This document shows positions 37,474 to 46,961 of a DNA stretch of 64,000 nt, one piece after another. Origin of the DNA: an uncultured bacterium (GTDB lineage Bacteria; Zixibacteria; MSB-5A5; GN15; FEB-12); assembly GCA_963821635.1 (NCBI GenBank), contig CAWGEP010000007.1, forward strand, positions 47,087 through 111,086, given 5' to 3'. The notes below the pieces were generated by a model. It did not search any database, was not told where the DNA came from, and was given only the letters and a program-made list of their open reading frames with translations. Position 1 is the first letter of the stretch. Each line of letters opens with the position of its first letter. Made by a program: the position numbers and the translations under genes.

Positions 37474-38028
37474 TTATTCGTCGCCCGGATTTACCAGCGA
37501 ATTCAAAACGTGATCCTGCCACACTCCGGCGATCTTCAAGTAAGACTTGGCATATCCTTCACGCTGAAATCCCAGCCGCTGGAGTAATCGTTCGCTTCGC
37601 GTGTTGTGCGGCAGGTGATTGGCCATGATTCTGTGCAACCCCACACTCGCGAACATATAGTCGATCCCGGCTCGAACCGCTTCGTAAGCGTACCCGCGCC
37701 CCTGGTGTGAATCGGCAATCGCAAATCCGAGGTGGCAGGCCTGAAACACTCCCCGGACAATGTTGCTGAAATTACAGGCGCCAATCATCCGTCCTGACTC
37801 TCGCTCGATGATCGCGAAATGACAAGAGAGGCCCGAGCGGAATTCCGCCTCGGAGTTTCTTATCCGAGCGGTTACCGCCTCAAGGCAGTAGAACTGCTCA
37901 TCCCGCGCCGGCTCCCAGGGTCCCAGGTGCTCGCGATTCTCCAGATAATATTGACGGGCCAGTTCCGCCTGATCTACACTTAAAATCGTCAGGCAAATTC
38001 TGCCGCTGGGTAATTCAAATGCGCTCAT
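37474..38028 (-). CDS. RimJ/RimL-family GNAT N-acetyltransferase
   Basis: NREHLGPWEP, NIVRGVFQACHLG, QGRGY, GLHRIMANHLPHNTRS, EGYAKSYLKIAGVWQDHVL. Confidence 0.9.
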   Translation of the reverse strand: MSAFELPSGRICLTILSVDQAELARQYYLENREHLGPWEPARDEQFYCLEAVTARIRNSEAEFRSGLSCHFAIIERESGRMIGACNFSNIVRGVFQACHLGFAIADSHQGRGYAYEAVRAGIDYMFASVGLHRIMANHLPHNTRSERLLQRLGFQREGYAKSYLKIAGVWQDHVLNSLVNPGDE

Positions 38029-38259
38029 ACAGTCTCCTCGTCCACTTCCAAGTTAGGGATGCATCGGTATTTCTGCAACCCCACGCTGCCAACCGAATCG
38101 TCGCGTATCCCCGACTCATATTTCTCAATATTCGGACGTGAAAACCGACTTTCCAATTGCCGAAAACCGGATCGTCGATTATAATTATCCCGTACCAACG
38201 AACGCTCGATATTCGGGAATTCGAGCTCATCCAAGACAAAGCTTAGTCGCGAGGCTCAA

Positions 38260-39717
38260 TTGTCAAACGGCGCCGCACAATCCATTCCGATGGCCTATTC
38301 TTCCGGGATTCGATGGAATTCCGTCGGCCAGATCTTTACCGAATTTCTCGCCATGTTTACGTCGGTCACCCTGGCCCGCCTGCTTTTGCCGGCCGATTTC
38401 GGCCTGATCGCGCTCGCCGCCTCGTTTACGCGTTTTGTCTCCGTGATTGAATACCTCGGAACAACCGCCGTCGTCATCCAGCGCGACGAAACACCCCCGG
38501 GGTTGCTGAACGGTCTGCTCGGCCTCAATTTTATCGCGGGCCTGTTCTTCACGACCGTCATGTTTATTGGCGCCCCATTCCTGGCCCATTGGTCCGGTGA
38601 GGATTCGGTCGCGCCAATCATTCGTGTCTTGAGCGTTGGCTTTGTCATATCATCCCTCTCGGCCGTTCCGAACGCCTTGTTGCACCGGGAGATGAAGTTC
38701 GGCAAACTGGCCATTATCACCGTGGCCTCTACGCTTCTTCAGAGCGGCACCGCGGTGCTGCTCGCTGTTCTTCACTTTGGAGTCTGGTCTTTGGTTTCAG
38801 CCTTTATGGCTCTGACAGTTGTGTCGGCCGGCATGTCCTGGGTATTCGCCGGCTGGACTCCCGGACTCAAAGCAGACTGGCGACTGGTGAGAAGTAACGC
38901 CTCGATGATGCTCTCGCTCACTGGCACCAACGCCCTTTCTTCGCTGATCAACGATGCCGACAAGTTCATGATCGCCAAGTGGCTGGGGACTTCCGTTTTG
39001 GGCTTCTATTCGATGGCTGTCAAGTTCGCCCTGTTACCGCCCTTAGCCATTGGTCCAATTTTCAAAACTGTTCTGCTTCCCGCTTTCTCGCGCTTGCAAA
39101 GAGACAACACCGATCTCCGTGACCTCTTCTGGAAATCCGATGCCACCATTGCGTTCGTTACCATTCCCATGCTTCTGGGGCTGGCAGTCGTATCGCGAAC
39201 GTTTGTTGACGTCGTTCTGGGCCCCAAATGGACCAGCGTGCATCCCCCGATGCTTATTCTCTGCGCCGCCGGCATTTTTCAAACGCTGGCGATTGGCACC
39301 GGGGCAATTCTAATCGCAAAGGATCGTCCCAAGTGGCTCTTCTTCTTCACTACCGCCCGCGCCCTCCTGACCGTGGTCGGAATCTATGCCGGTCTGCAAG
39401 GAGATTTGGTGGGCGTCGCTTCCGCGATAGCGCTGGTCTCGCTAGCGCTTGCCCTGATCTGCTACCTGACCGTTTGCTTCTTGATCGGGGATAAGATTGC
39501 CAGTTTCTGGCGTGTTCATCGTGCGACTATTATCGCCTCGCTCGCCATGTGCGCGGTGGTCTATCTCTGCGGATACCTCCTGCGTCTTTCCTCGATTCCT
39601 CAGTTTGCCGAACTGGTCGCCACGGTCTCAGTGGGAGTCCTTACCTATGGGTTCATCGCCTGGCGCTTCCGGATGCCGCAGCTGGCGCACCTCGGTGAAA
39701 TTCTTCGCGGACATTAA
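38260..39717 (+). CDS. Wzx/PST-family polysaccharide flippase
   Basis: LARLLLPADFGL, LHREMKF, FGVWSLV, DKFMIAKWLG..LGFYS, LGPKW; many TM helices; start could be ATG 38290. Confidence 0.85.
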   Translation: MSNGAAQSIPMAYSSGIRWNSVGQIFTEFLAMFTSVTLARLLLPADFGLIALAASFTRFVSVIEYLGTTAVVIQRDETPPGLLNGLLGLNFIAGLFFTTVMFIGAPFLAHWSGEDSVAPIIRVLSVGFVISSLSAVPNALLHREMKFGKLAIITVASTLLQSGTAVLLAVLHFGVWSLVSAFMALTVVSAGMSWVFAGWTPGLKADWRLVRSNASMMLSLTGTNALSSLINDADKFMIAKWLGTSVLGFYSMAVKFALLPPLAIGPIFKTVLLPAFSRLQRDNTDLRDLFWKSDATIAFVTIPMLLGLAVVSRTFVDVVLGPKWTSVHPPMLILCAAGIFQTLAIGTGAILIAKDRPKWLFFFTTARALLTVVGIYAGLQGDLVGVASAIALVSLALALICYLTVCFLIGDKIASFWRVHRATIIASLAMCAVVYLCGYLLRLSSIPQFAELVATVSVGVLTYGFIAWRFRMPQLAHLGEILRGH

Positions 39718-39777
39718 GAAAATTCTGCCGAAACCATTTGCCCGGTTTAAGTCAGGGGCATAATTTGTTCCCCTACT

Positions 39778-40488
39778 ATGAGTAAACAAATGACTGAAAC
39801 TTCATCCAAAACGCAGTGGTCTGCCGTAGACCAGTACATCAGCGATCTGTTCGGCCTGTCCGACCCGGTCCTGAAAGCCTGCCTTCGTGCCAGCGCCGCG
39901 GCCGGATTACCCGCGATCAATGTCACGGCCGCGCAAGGAAAGCTGCTCTATTTGCTGGCCAAAGCCATTGGCGCGAAAAGAATCCTGGAAATCGGAACAC
40001 TCGGTGGGTACAGCACGATCTGGCTCGCCAGAGCGCTGCCCAAAGGTGGCCGCCTGGTCACGTTGGAATTGGAACCCAAACATGCCGAAGTTGCCCTGGC
40101 CAATTTTAGGCGCGCCAAGTTGAACAAGCTGATTGAAATTCGCCTTGGTAAAGCCCAGGAGTCCCTGGCTTCACTCGTGAAGGAAAAAGCCGGACCATTC
40201 GATTTGATCTTCATCGATGCCGACAAGACCGGCTATTCAGAGTATCTCAAGTGGTCGTTGAAACTCTCTCGCCAGGGCACATTGATCATAGCTGACAACG
40301 TCGTCCGAAAGGGAGAAGTAGTCAACGCCGGAGCGACCGATCCACGCGTGCACGGCGTGCGCGCCTTCAACGCCCTGTTGGCCCGGGACAGGCGCCTTAG
40401 CTCGACTATTCTTCAGATTGTCAGCGGGAAAGGGTATGACGGCTTTGCCGTCAGCCTGGTAACGAGCGGGAAAAAAGTCCGGAAGTAG
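39778..40488 (+). CDS. SAM-dependent O-methyltransferase (caffeoyl-CoA OMT-like)
   Basis: AKRILEIGTLGGYSTIWLARALP, FDLIFIDADK, IIADNVVRKG, KGYDGF. Confidence 0.92.
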   Translation: MSKQMTETSSKTQWSAVDQYISDLFGLSDPVLKACLRASAAAGLPAINVTAAQGKLLYLLAKAIGAKRILEIGTLGGYSTIWLARALPKGGRLVTLELEPKHAEVALANFRRAKLNKLIEIRLGKAQESLASLVKEKAGPFDLIFIDADKTGYSEYLKWSLKLSRQGTLIIADNVVRKGEVVNAGATDPRVHGVRAFNALLARDRRLSSTILQIVSGKGYDGFAVSLVTSGKKVRK

Positions 40489-40522
40489 AGTCGGCGTAGC
40501 TTCGCCCATCTCCCGGGAAAAA

Positions 40523-41836
40523 TCAGGGGCAGGCCGGGAGCACAAATCCTCCCCCGGTAAGATAGCTCACTAGCGCGGACAGGTCTCCCAGATCAACCGC
40601 TCCGGTTCCATTGACATTGGCCGCCGCCGGACAGGGAAGCACAAATCCTCCCCCGGTAAGATAGCTCACCAGTGCCGACAGGTCCCCCAAATCGACAGCC
40701 CCGACGCCATTTACATTGCCGCGCAGACCCTGGCAACAGTGCCAGGCGAATAGCACAGTGACCGTCCCCGAAGTGCGATCAGTCACTGCCAGATCGGGGC
40801 GGCCGTCGCCGTCGAGATCGGCCGCCAGAATCGCATTGGGTCCGGCACCGACCTGAAAATTAACGGGTGATCCGAAAGTGCCGGCGCCGTTGTTGTGGAG
40901 GACAGACACGCTGTCGGACGCGAAATCAGCAATGGCCAGATCGGGCAAGCCGGAGCTGTCGAAATCTATCGGGCAAATGCTCTCGGGCAATTTCCCGGCC
41001 GCGTAGTTTACCGCAGCGGCAAATGTGCCGTCCCCGCTATTATTCAGAACTGAGACGTTATCGGAAAACAGATTTACGGCGGCCAGGTCAAGGAGATACG
41101 GTGAGCGAAAGTGACCCGCACAGATCCCGCCCGGTTGTCCCGCGACACGATAATTCACGGCCGAGTCAAAGATCCCGGCGCCATTGTTTATCAGAACGGA
41201 AATTGAATTGCTGAGAAAATCCGCCACGAGGAGATCGCTTTTCTTGTCACCATTCAGGTCTTCGCCGCAGATCCCTATCGGGCCGCTCAGCACCGGATAG
41301 GTAACCGGCGCAGCGAACAATCCGGTTCCGAGATTCCGGAGGATCGACACGCTATTGGAGCTGTAGTTGGAGATGGCCAGATCAGGCTTACCGTCACCGT
41401 TGAAATCGCCGATACAGATAGCTGCCGGAAAGTGCTGAACCGGGTAATTCACCGGCGGTCCGAACACGCCGTTGCCGGAGTTGTGAAGAATGGAAACTGA
41501 ATCTGAGTTCGCGCAGGCCACGGCCAAATCGAGCTTTCCATCGCCGTCAAAATCGGCTGCGCCAAGAGCGATAGGGGACCGGTCGACAGAATAGCTGACC
41601 GCGGGGGCGAAATTGCCGCCTCCGAGATTGATCAGGATTGAGATGCTGTTGGAGGAATCATTCGCCACGGCCAGGTCGAGTTTTCCATCACCGTTAAGAT
41701 CGGCGGCAACTATCCCGCGAGGGGAGAGTCCGGCCGGGAAATCGGCGCGTCTACCAAAGAGCGGATTGGCGCCCCAACTACTTGAAGCACCGAGGCTTAG
41801 CCCAACCAAGATGAGAGCTGCTTTGCACGGAAACAA
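40523..41836 (-). CDS. Secreted FG-GAP/VCBS repeat protein with C-terminal double dockerin-like domain
   Basis: Signal peptide; seven repeats of AxDxxGDGKxDLAV..VSIL.N.G.G.F; C-terminal duplicated NVNGxGAVDLGDLSALVSYLTGGGFVLP. Confidence 0.85.
   Translation of the reverse strand: MFPCKAALILVGLSLGASSSWGANPLFGRRADFPAGLSPRGIVAADLNGDGKLDLAVANDSSNSISILINLGGGNFAPAVSYSVDRSPIALGAADFDGDGKLDLAVACANSDSVSILHNSGNGVFGPPVNYPVQHFPAAICIGDFNGDGKPDLAISNYSSNSVSILRNLGTGLFAAPVTYPVLSGPIGICGEDLNGDKKSDLLVADFLSNSISVLINNGAGIFDSAVNYRVAGQPGGICAGHFRSPYLLDLAAVNLFSDNVSVLNNSGDGTFAAAVNYAAGKLPESICPIDFDSSGLPDLAIADFASDSVSVLHNNGAGTFGSPVNFQVGAGPNAILAADLDGDGRPDLAVTDRTSGTVTVLFAWHCCQGLRGNVNGVGAVDLGDLSALVSYLTGGGFVLPCPAAANVNGTGAVDLGDLSALVSYLTGGGFVLPACP
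40539..40669. repeat. 32-bp exact direct repeat (99-nt period) in the dockerin-like duplication
   Basis: AGCACAAATCCTCCCCCGGTAAGATAGCTCAC at 40539-40570 and 40638-40669. Confidence 0.9.
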
Positions 41837-42173
41837 GACTGTTCTCCGCCTATCGAACCTAATATTCTAACGTCCGATCCAAAATAACATGAATCCCGTG
41901 TTTTCAAAGGGTGAAAATCGATCCGGAAAGCCGCCAAATGCCGGGCTCCCTGGCGACTTTTGCCCCGCCCTGAGTCGGGGCAGTTTCGTCAGATCCGCTG
42001 TCCTCTGAGGCGGCTTGCAGATCGCCGACCCGATTCGCATTCTGCGGCTGTTTCCGGACCCTATAATGGACTTATCCAGTCCAATTGTATCTGTCGGTAC
42101 CTCTTCTGGAACTTTCCCGTTGGTTTCCAATCGGTTAGGGGAGGCCGAGGATGGTCCACTGATACAGTCCTGA

Positions 42174-42190
42174 TTGGCATGACTTCTGTT
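42174..42190 (+). promoter_or_regulatory. Weak sigma54-like promoter before the pilin gene
   Basis: TTGGCAT-GACTT-CTGT (GG-N10-GT); -12 element is imperfect. Confidence 0.35.
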
Positions 42191-42249
42191 CTTACTGACA
42201 CTGGAAAAATTGAACTGTGCAACTTCCCAAATTCCAGTCAGGAGGCTTT

Positions 42250-42672
42250 ATGTTCTCACGGTTTCACAATCGCAAGGGTTTCACCCTGATCGAGTTGATG
42301 ATCGTCGTGGTCATCATCGGGATTCTGGCCGCTATGGCCATCCCGCGTTTCATGAAGGCGACCGCCCGCGCCAAGCAGTCGGAAGCCAAAGAGCTGCTCA
42401 AGCAGATCTACACCATGGAGCACACCTATCGCCAGGCCAACAATACGTACGGCGATAACGGCTTTGTCAGCACGCCTGGCGCGTTGTCCACCGCCCCGAA
42501 TATCGGTGTGGAAATCCAGTCCAGCGCCATCTACACCTATACCATCGTAGCCGCCGTGAATACATTCACAGCGACTGCCACGGCCAACATTGACGACGAC
42601 GCGACCATCGATACCTGGACGATTACCGATGCCGGTATTCTGACCAACACGATCGACGACGTGGTCCTCTAG
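42250..42672 (+). CDS. pilA: Type IVa (major) pilin
   Basis: Class III signal [32 protein letters not shown]-terminal [20 protein letters not shown]; monocistronic with terminator. Confidence 0.85.
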   Translation: MFSRFHNRKGFTLIELMIVVVIIGILAAMAIPRFMKATARAKQSEAKELLKQIYTMEHTYRQANNTYGDNGFVSTPGALSTAPNIGVEIQSSAIYTYTIVAAVNTFTATATANIDDDATIDTWTITDAGILTNTIDDVVL

Positions 42673-42695
42673 TAAGACTCGACCATAGCAGTATT

Positions 42696-42724
42696 GGAGA
42701 AAGCGCCCCTCGGGCGCTTTCTCC
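42696..42724 (+). terminator. Terminator after pilin
   Basis: GGAGAAAGCGCCC-CTC-GGGCGCTTTCTCC. Confidence 0.8.
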
Positions 42725-42787
42725 GTTTGGTCCCGTCTCCTTTGACCAGCCCTTTCGGTGACTTCGGCCCATCACGACTACCCGCAA

Positions 42788-42821
42788 AAGAAAACCTCCG
42801 ACTTTAGGTCGGAGGTTTCTT
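42788..42821 (-). terminator. Terminator after the M13 peptidase
   Basis: AAACCTCCGAC..GTCGGAGGTTT hairpin with an A-tract on the plus strand (U-tract on minus). Confidence 0.75.
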
Positions 42822-42839
42822 GGTCACGGATGAGTTATT

Positions 42840-44873
42840 TTACCAGATTCGAACCATAAGGCTGTCGATGTTTACCATCGCTTTGCCTCCGGTGCAGCCA
42901 AAGGCCTTGGCAAATCCGGGATGATTACTCAAAGTCCCCAGCACTCGGAACATGCCCGGCGAGTGCGGGTCGGTGTTGACCTGAAGTTTCAGCGATTCAA
43001 TTCGATCGTTTTCTCTCCACGCTTGGGCGAAGGAGAGGAAGAACCGCTGCTCCGGCGTAAATCCATCGATCTTGGGTTGCGGCTTACCGGCCAGAGCGGT
43101 TTCAAGCGCGTCATAGGCGATCAGGAGGCCCCCCAAATCGGCAATGTTCTCGCCCAGCGTCAGCTTGCCGTTCACGTGGGCGCTGTCGGCAACGGCGTAC
43201 TTGTCGTACTGATCCGCCAGCATCGTGGTGCGTTTGTCAAATTCCTTGCGGTCGGCTTCCGTCCACCAGTTGGCCATGTTGCCGGTAGCGTCAAACTGGC
43301 TTCCCTGATCGTCAAAGCCGTGAGTCATCTCATGCCCTATGACTGCCCCCATGGCGCCATAGTTCAAAGCGTCATCAGCAGTCGCATCAAAGAACGGCGG
43401 CTGCAGAATGGCGGCGGGGAAGACGATTTCATTTTGAAGCGGATTATAGTAGGCGTTGACCGTCTGCGGGTACATCCCCCACTCGGTCTTGTCCACCGGC
43501 TTGCCGACCTTGTTCATTTCATACTGTCGGGCAAAAGCTCTTCCGGCCGTCACGTTCTCAAAGTAGGAAGTGCGAGCTACCGTGAGCTTTGAATAATCCC
43601 GCCACTTGTCCGGGTACCCGATCTTGGGGGTGAACGCCGCCAGCTTGTTCAAAGCCGCCTTCTTGGTTGCTTCGCTCATCCACGGGAGTCCTTCGATTCG
43701 TTTTCCTAGGGCGGTCTTTAGATTGGTGATCATCGTCATGGCGCGCTCTTTGGCTTGGGGCGGGAATGCCTTTTCGACAAAAAGCTGTCCCAGCACTTCG
43801 CCCAGCGCGCGATTGGTGGAGGACAATGCCCGCTTCCACCGCGGCAGCAATTCCTTGGCGCCGGAGAGGATGGAGTCGTCAAACTTGAAGTCTTCGTTTA
43901 CGAAAGCGGAACTCAGATACGGCGCAGCCGTCGCCACTACATGCCAGCGCACGTACGATTTCCATGAATCAATACCCACCTCGGTCAAAAGTTTGTTCAT
44001 TTCCGCAAAGAAAGTCGGCTGGGCGAGCGAGAAACTGCTCACCCGGTCAAGACCGATGTTGGCCAGGTATTTCTTCCATGAAAAATTCGGCGTGCTGGCG
44101 TCCGCCTTGTCCACCGTCATCGGATTGTATGATTTGGCCGGGTCGCGCAGCTCGACATTGGTAAGCGAAGCCTGAGCGAGTTTCGTTTCGATGTCCATCA
44201 CAGCAGCCGCTTCTTTGGCCGCTGTGGCATCGTCATCTCCGGCCAGTTTGAACATGGCGGTCATGTGGGCCACGTACTGGTCGCGAATCTTCTGGGATTC
44301 GGCGTCAGTCTTGGTATAATAATCGCGATCCGGAAGCCCCAGGCCTCCCTGGCTGGCATAGAAAATTTCCTGCGAGCTGTTTTTGAAATCAGCCTCCGGG
44401 TCGCCGTCAAAGAGCATCCGATATCCTGCCGCGTGATAGTCCGCGATCAGTTTCTTGAGTTGATCGACATTTGAAACTGCGGCAATCTTGGCAAAGTCAG
44501 CTTTCAGCGGTGTCCCGCCGGCCTTTTCAATGGTGACCGTATCCATGGCCGCAAAGTAGAAGTCTCCAATCTTCTGGGTACTGGTTCCTTTGGCTGAATT
44601 GGCCTTGGCGGCATTCTCCAGGATGGTGTGCAGGAGATCCGAGTTGCGATCATGTACTTCGTTCCACACCCCCCAGCTGCTGTACGCTGCCGGGATGGTG
44701 TTGTTCTTGAGCCAACTCCCGTTGGCATAAAGCCAGAAGTTGTCACACGGACTGACGGTTGTGTCCATGTTGCGGCGATCCAGGCCGCGCTCATTCGATT
44801 GACTCCAGGCCAGGCCGGCCAGGAGCATCAACGCGAGAGCCAGAGCAAACACGCGACGTAACATCATAATCAA
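42840..44873 (-). CDS. M13 family (PepO/neprilysin-like) secreted metallopeptidase
   Basis: Signal peptide; VNAYY, HEMTHGFDDQG (HExxH), GENIADLGG, DPHSP. Confidence 0.95.
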   Translation of the reverse strand: MIMMLRRVFALALALMLLAGLAWSQSNERGLDRRNMDTTVSPCDNFWLYANGSWLKNNTIPAAYSSWGVWNEVHDRNSDLLHTILENAAKANSAKGTSTQKIGDFYFAAMDTVTIEKAGGTPLKADFAKIAAVSNVDQLKKLIADYHAAGYRMLFDGDPEADFKNSSQEIFYASQGGLGLPDRDYYTKTDAESQKIRDQYVAHMTAMFKLAGDDDATAAKEAAAVMDIETKLAQASLTNVELRDPAKSYNPMTVDKADASTPNFSWKKYLANIGLDRVSSFSLAQPTFFAEMNKLLTEVGIDSWKSYVRWHVVATAAPYLSSAFVNEDFKFDDSILSGAKELLPRWKRALSSTNRALGEVLGQLFVEKAFPPQAKERAMTMITNLKTALGKRIEGLPWMSEATKKAALNKLAAFTPKIGYPDKWRDYSKLTVARTSYFENVTAGRAFARQYEMNKVGKPVDKTEWGMYPQTVNAYYNPLQNEIVFPAAILQPPFFDATADDALNYGAMGAVIGHEMTHGFDDQGSQFDATGNMANWWTEADRKEFDKRTTMLADQYDKYAVADSAHVNGKLTLGENIADLGGLLIAYDALETALAGKPQPKIDGFTPEQRFFLSFAQAWRENDRIESLKLQVNTDPHSPGMFRVLGTLSNHPGFAKAFGCTGGKAMVNIDSLMVRIW

Positions 44874-44940
44874 TCGTTCCTATCGGTTAATTGTTCGAGG
44901 TTGACAGTCATTTGACAGAGTGTTCCAACACTCTAAGAGA

Positions 44941-44966
44941 TACGCCGTCTGAGTACGGTTCGTTGC
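44941..44966 (-). promoter_or_regulatory. Candidate ECF promoter for the M13 peptidase
   Basis: Minus strand GCAAC-N17-CGTA. Confidence 0.3.
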
Positions 44967-45068
44967 CGCCGATTCCGGAGAATCTCAGAGGGGAATGCGC
45001 CGAAAAACTTAACTCGCTGTGCGACAGTGACGTTTCTTTGGCCATACTGAACATATCATAGCCTCCGG

Positions 45069-46745
45069 TCACTTGATAAGGTGATACCGGCGCCGCCGGT
45101 TCTCAAACAGACCACTGCCGAGTTCCTTCACCCGCCATTCCTCGTACTCCTGGTAGTTTCCCTCGAACCAGCGAAGCGCGCCATCCCCTTCAAAGACCAG
45201 GACGTGGGTGCAGACGCGATTGAGGAAAAACCGGTCATGGCTGATGATCAGCGCACAACCGCTAAAGGCATTGATCGCCTCTTCGAGCAGTCTGAGCGTG
45301 TTCACATCGAGATCGTTGGTGGGTTCGTCGAAAAGCAGCACGTTGCCGCCGGTTTTGAGAATCTTGGCCAGGTGGGCGCGGTTTTGTTCACCGCCGGAAA
45401 GCTCGCTGATCTTCTTTCCCTGATCCTGGCCTTTGAATCCGAATCTCGCGAGGTATTGACGGGCCGGGACGGTCCGGTTCCCGAGCGGGATATCAACGTC
45501 GCCGCCGCAGATTTCATCGAGAATATTCTTTTCGCGGTTCAGGGCTTCCCGCTCCTGGTCGACATATGCCAGTGTTACGGTCGAACCGATACTTACTTTG
45601 CCGGCATCCGGCTTCTCGTGCCCGGTAATCATTCGGAACAGAGTCGTCTTCCCGGCGCCGTTCGGCCCGACCAGTCCCACGACCGCTGCCTTGGGGAGCT
45701 TGAAGGACAGATCTTTCATCAGGAGGGTGTCGCCGAAGCTTTTGGACACATGATCGAACTCAATAACCTGGTCCCCCAAATGCGGCGCCGGGGCGATGGT
45801 GATGACCTGCGGATCATCCTTGCCATCGGTCTTTTCGCGGGCAACCAGTTGCTCATATTCGATAAGCCGGGCCTGGGAAATGTCATGCCGCTCCTTGTTG
45901 CTCATCTTGATCCAAGCCAGTTCATGCTGTAAAGCCCGGGCTCGCGGGTTGTCCCGGCCGGCTTCGCCGGCCGTCAGCTTCACCAGCTTCTTCTCAAGCC
46001 AGGAACTGTAGTTTCCCTCGTACGGAATTCCCTTGCCGCCCTCCAATTCCAGAATCCATTTCGTAATATTGTCGAGAAAATACCGGTCGTGAGTGACCAC
46101 GATCACGGTGCCGGGATAGTCCTTGAGCTGTGCCTCCAGCCAGTCGACCGTTTCGGGATCGAGATGGTTGGTTGGTTCATCCAACAGGAGCAGATCAGGC
46201 CGCTCCAGAAGCGCTTTGCACAGCGCTACTCGTCGCCGCTCACCGCCGCTGAGAGACTTGACCAGCCGGGTATCATCGGGAAGGCAAAGTGCATCACTGA
46301 CCCGGTTCAGTACCTGATCCAGATTCCAGGCGTCGAGGGCGTCCAGCTTGTCCTGAAGTTCCCCCATCCGATTCATGGTCTTGGTCATTTCGTCGTCGGA
46401 GAGAGACTCTGCCATCTTGGCGGTGACCTGCTCGTATTCGGCGAGCAATTTCATCGTCTCGCCAAACGCCAGCTCGAGATTCTGTTTTACCGTCATCTCT
46501 TCGTTAAGCACCGGGTCCTGCATCACGATCGCGCTCTGATAGCCGGGGGTGATTTCCGCCGTACCCTGGAAATGGTCATCCAATCCCGCCATGATCTTGA
46601 GCACGGTGGATTTCCCCGATCCGTTCTCTCCCACAATGCCGATCTTGGCTCCGGGGAAAAAGCAGAGATTGATTTCTTTCAGGACCTGCTTCTGCCCGTA
46701 AAACTTGTTCAGGCGGAGCATGGTGAAGATGTATTTATCAGCCAT
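45069..46745 (-). CDS. ettA: ABC-F translational throttle protein EttA
   Basis: FFPGAKIGIVGENGSGKST, LSGGERRRVALC, GKGIPYEGNYSSWLE, second NBD with LSGGEQNR. Confidence 0.93.
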   Translation of the reverse strand: MADKYIFTMLRLNKFYGQKQVLKEINLCFFPGAKIGIVGENGSGKSTVLKIMAGLDDHFQGTAEITPGYQSAIVMQDPVLNEEMTVKQNLELAFGETMKLLAEYEQVTAKMAESLSDDEMTKTMNRMGELQDKLDALDAWNLDQVLNRVSDALCLPDDTRLVKSLSGGERRRVALCKALLERPDLLLLDEPTNHLDPETVDWLEAQLKDYPGTVIVVTHDRYFLDNITKWILELEGGKGIPYEGNYSSWLEKKLVKLTAGEAGRDNPRARALQHELAWIKMSNKERHDISQARLIEYEQLVAREKTDGKDDPQVITIAPAPHLGDQVIEFDHVSKSFGDTLLMKDLSFKLPKAAVVGLVGPNGAGKTTLFRMITGHEKPDAGKVSIGSTVTLAYVDQEREALNREKNILDEICGGDVDIPLGNRTVPARQYLARFGFKGQDQGKKISELSGGEQNRAHLAKILKTGGNVLLFDEPTNDLDVNTLRLLEEAINAFSGCALIISHDRFFLNRVCTHVLVFEGDGALRWFEGNYQEYEEWRVKELGSGLFENRRRRYHLIK

Positions 46746-46890
46746 TCGAATTGTGCCTTCCGGTTGAATGCGCGAGATTAAAGACCCGTCAAGGGCAGGT
46801 AGACCCGCGGCAAGCAGATAAGAACATCGCCCCCGCGCGACTTGTCAAGCGAACTCTGGAGGGTCTGAATGCTCGTCCCCGATTGGAATT

Positions 46891-46917
46891 GGAAACTTTG
46901 CTTCTAACCTGCGCGTA
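46891..46917 (+). promoter_or_regulatory. Candidate ECF promoter for the ABC exporter
   Basis: GGAAAC-N17-CGTA, 44 nt before the start. Confidence 0.45.
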
Positions 46918-46961
46918 TGGTTTATTAGGCCAAAATCACTCGAAACCGACTGTGGACAACA

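Noticed and set aside
38025..38239. Small ORFs upstream of the RimJ-like gene
   Set aside because: No motif or SD support; probably divergent promoter DNA
40539..40669. 32-bp direct repeat as a CRISPR array
   Set aside because: Two copies only, in frame inside a duplicated protein motif; no cas genes
42250..42672. Pilin as a conductive e-pilin
   Set aside because: About 10 F/Y/W residues in 130 mature aa, and no aromatic residue at positions 27, 32 or 51
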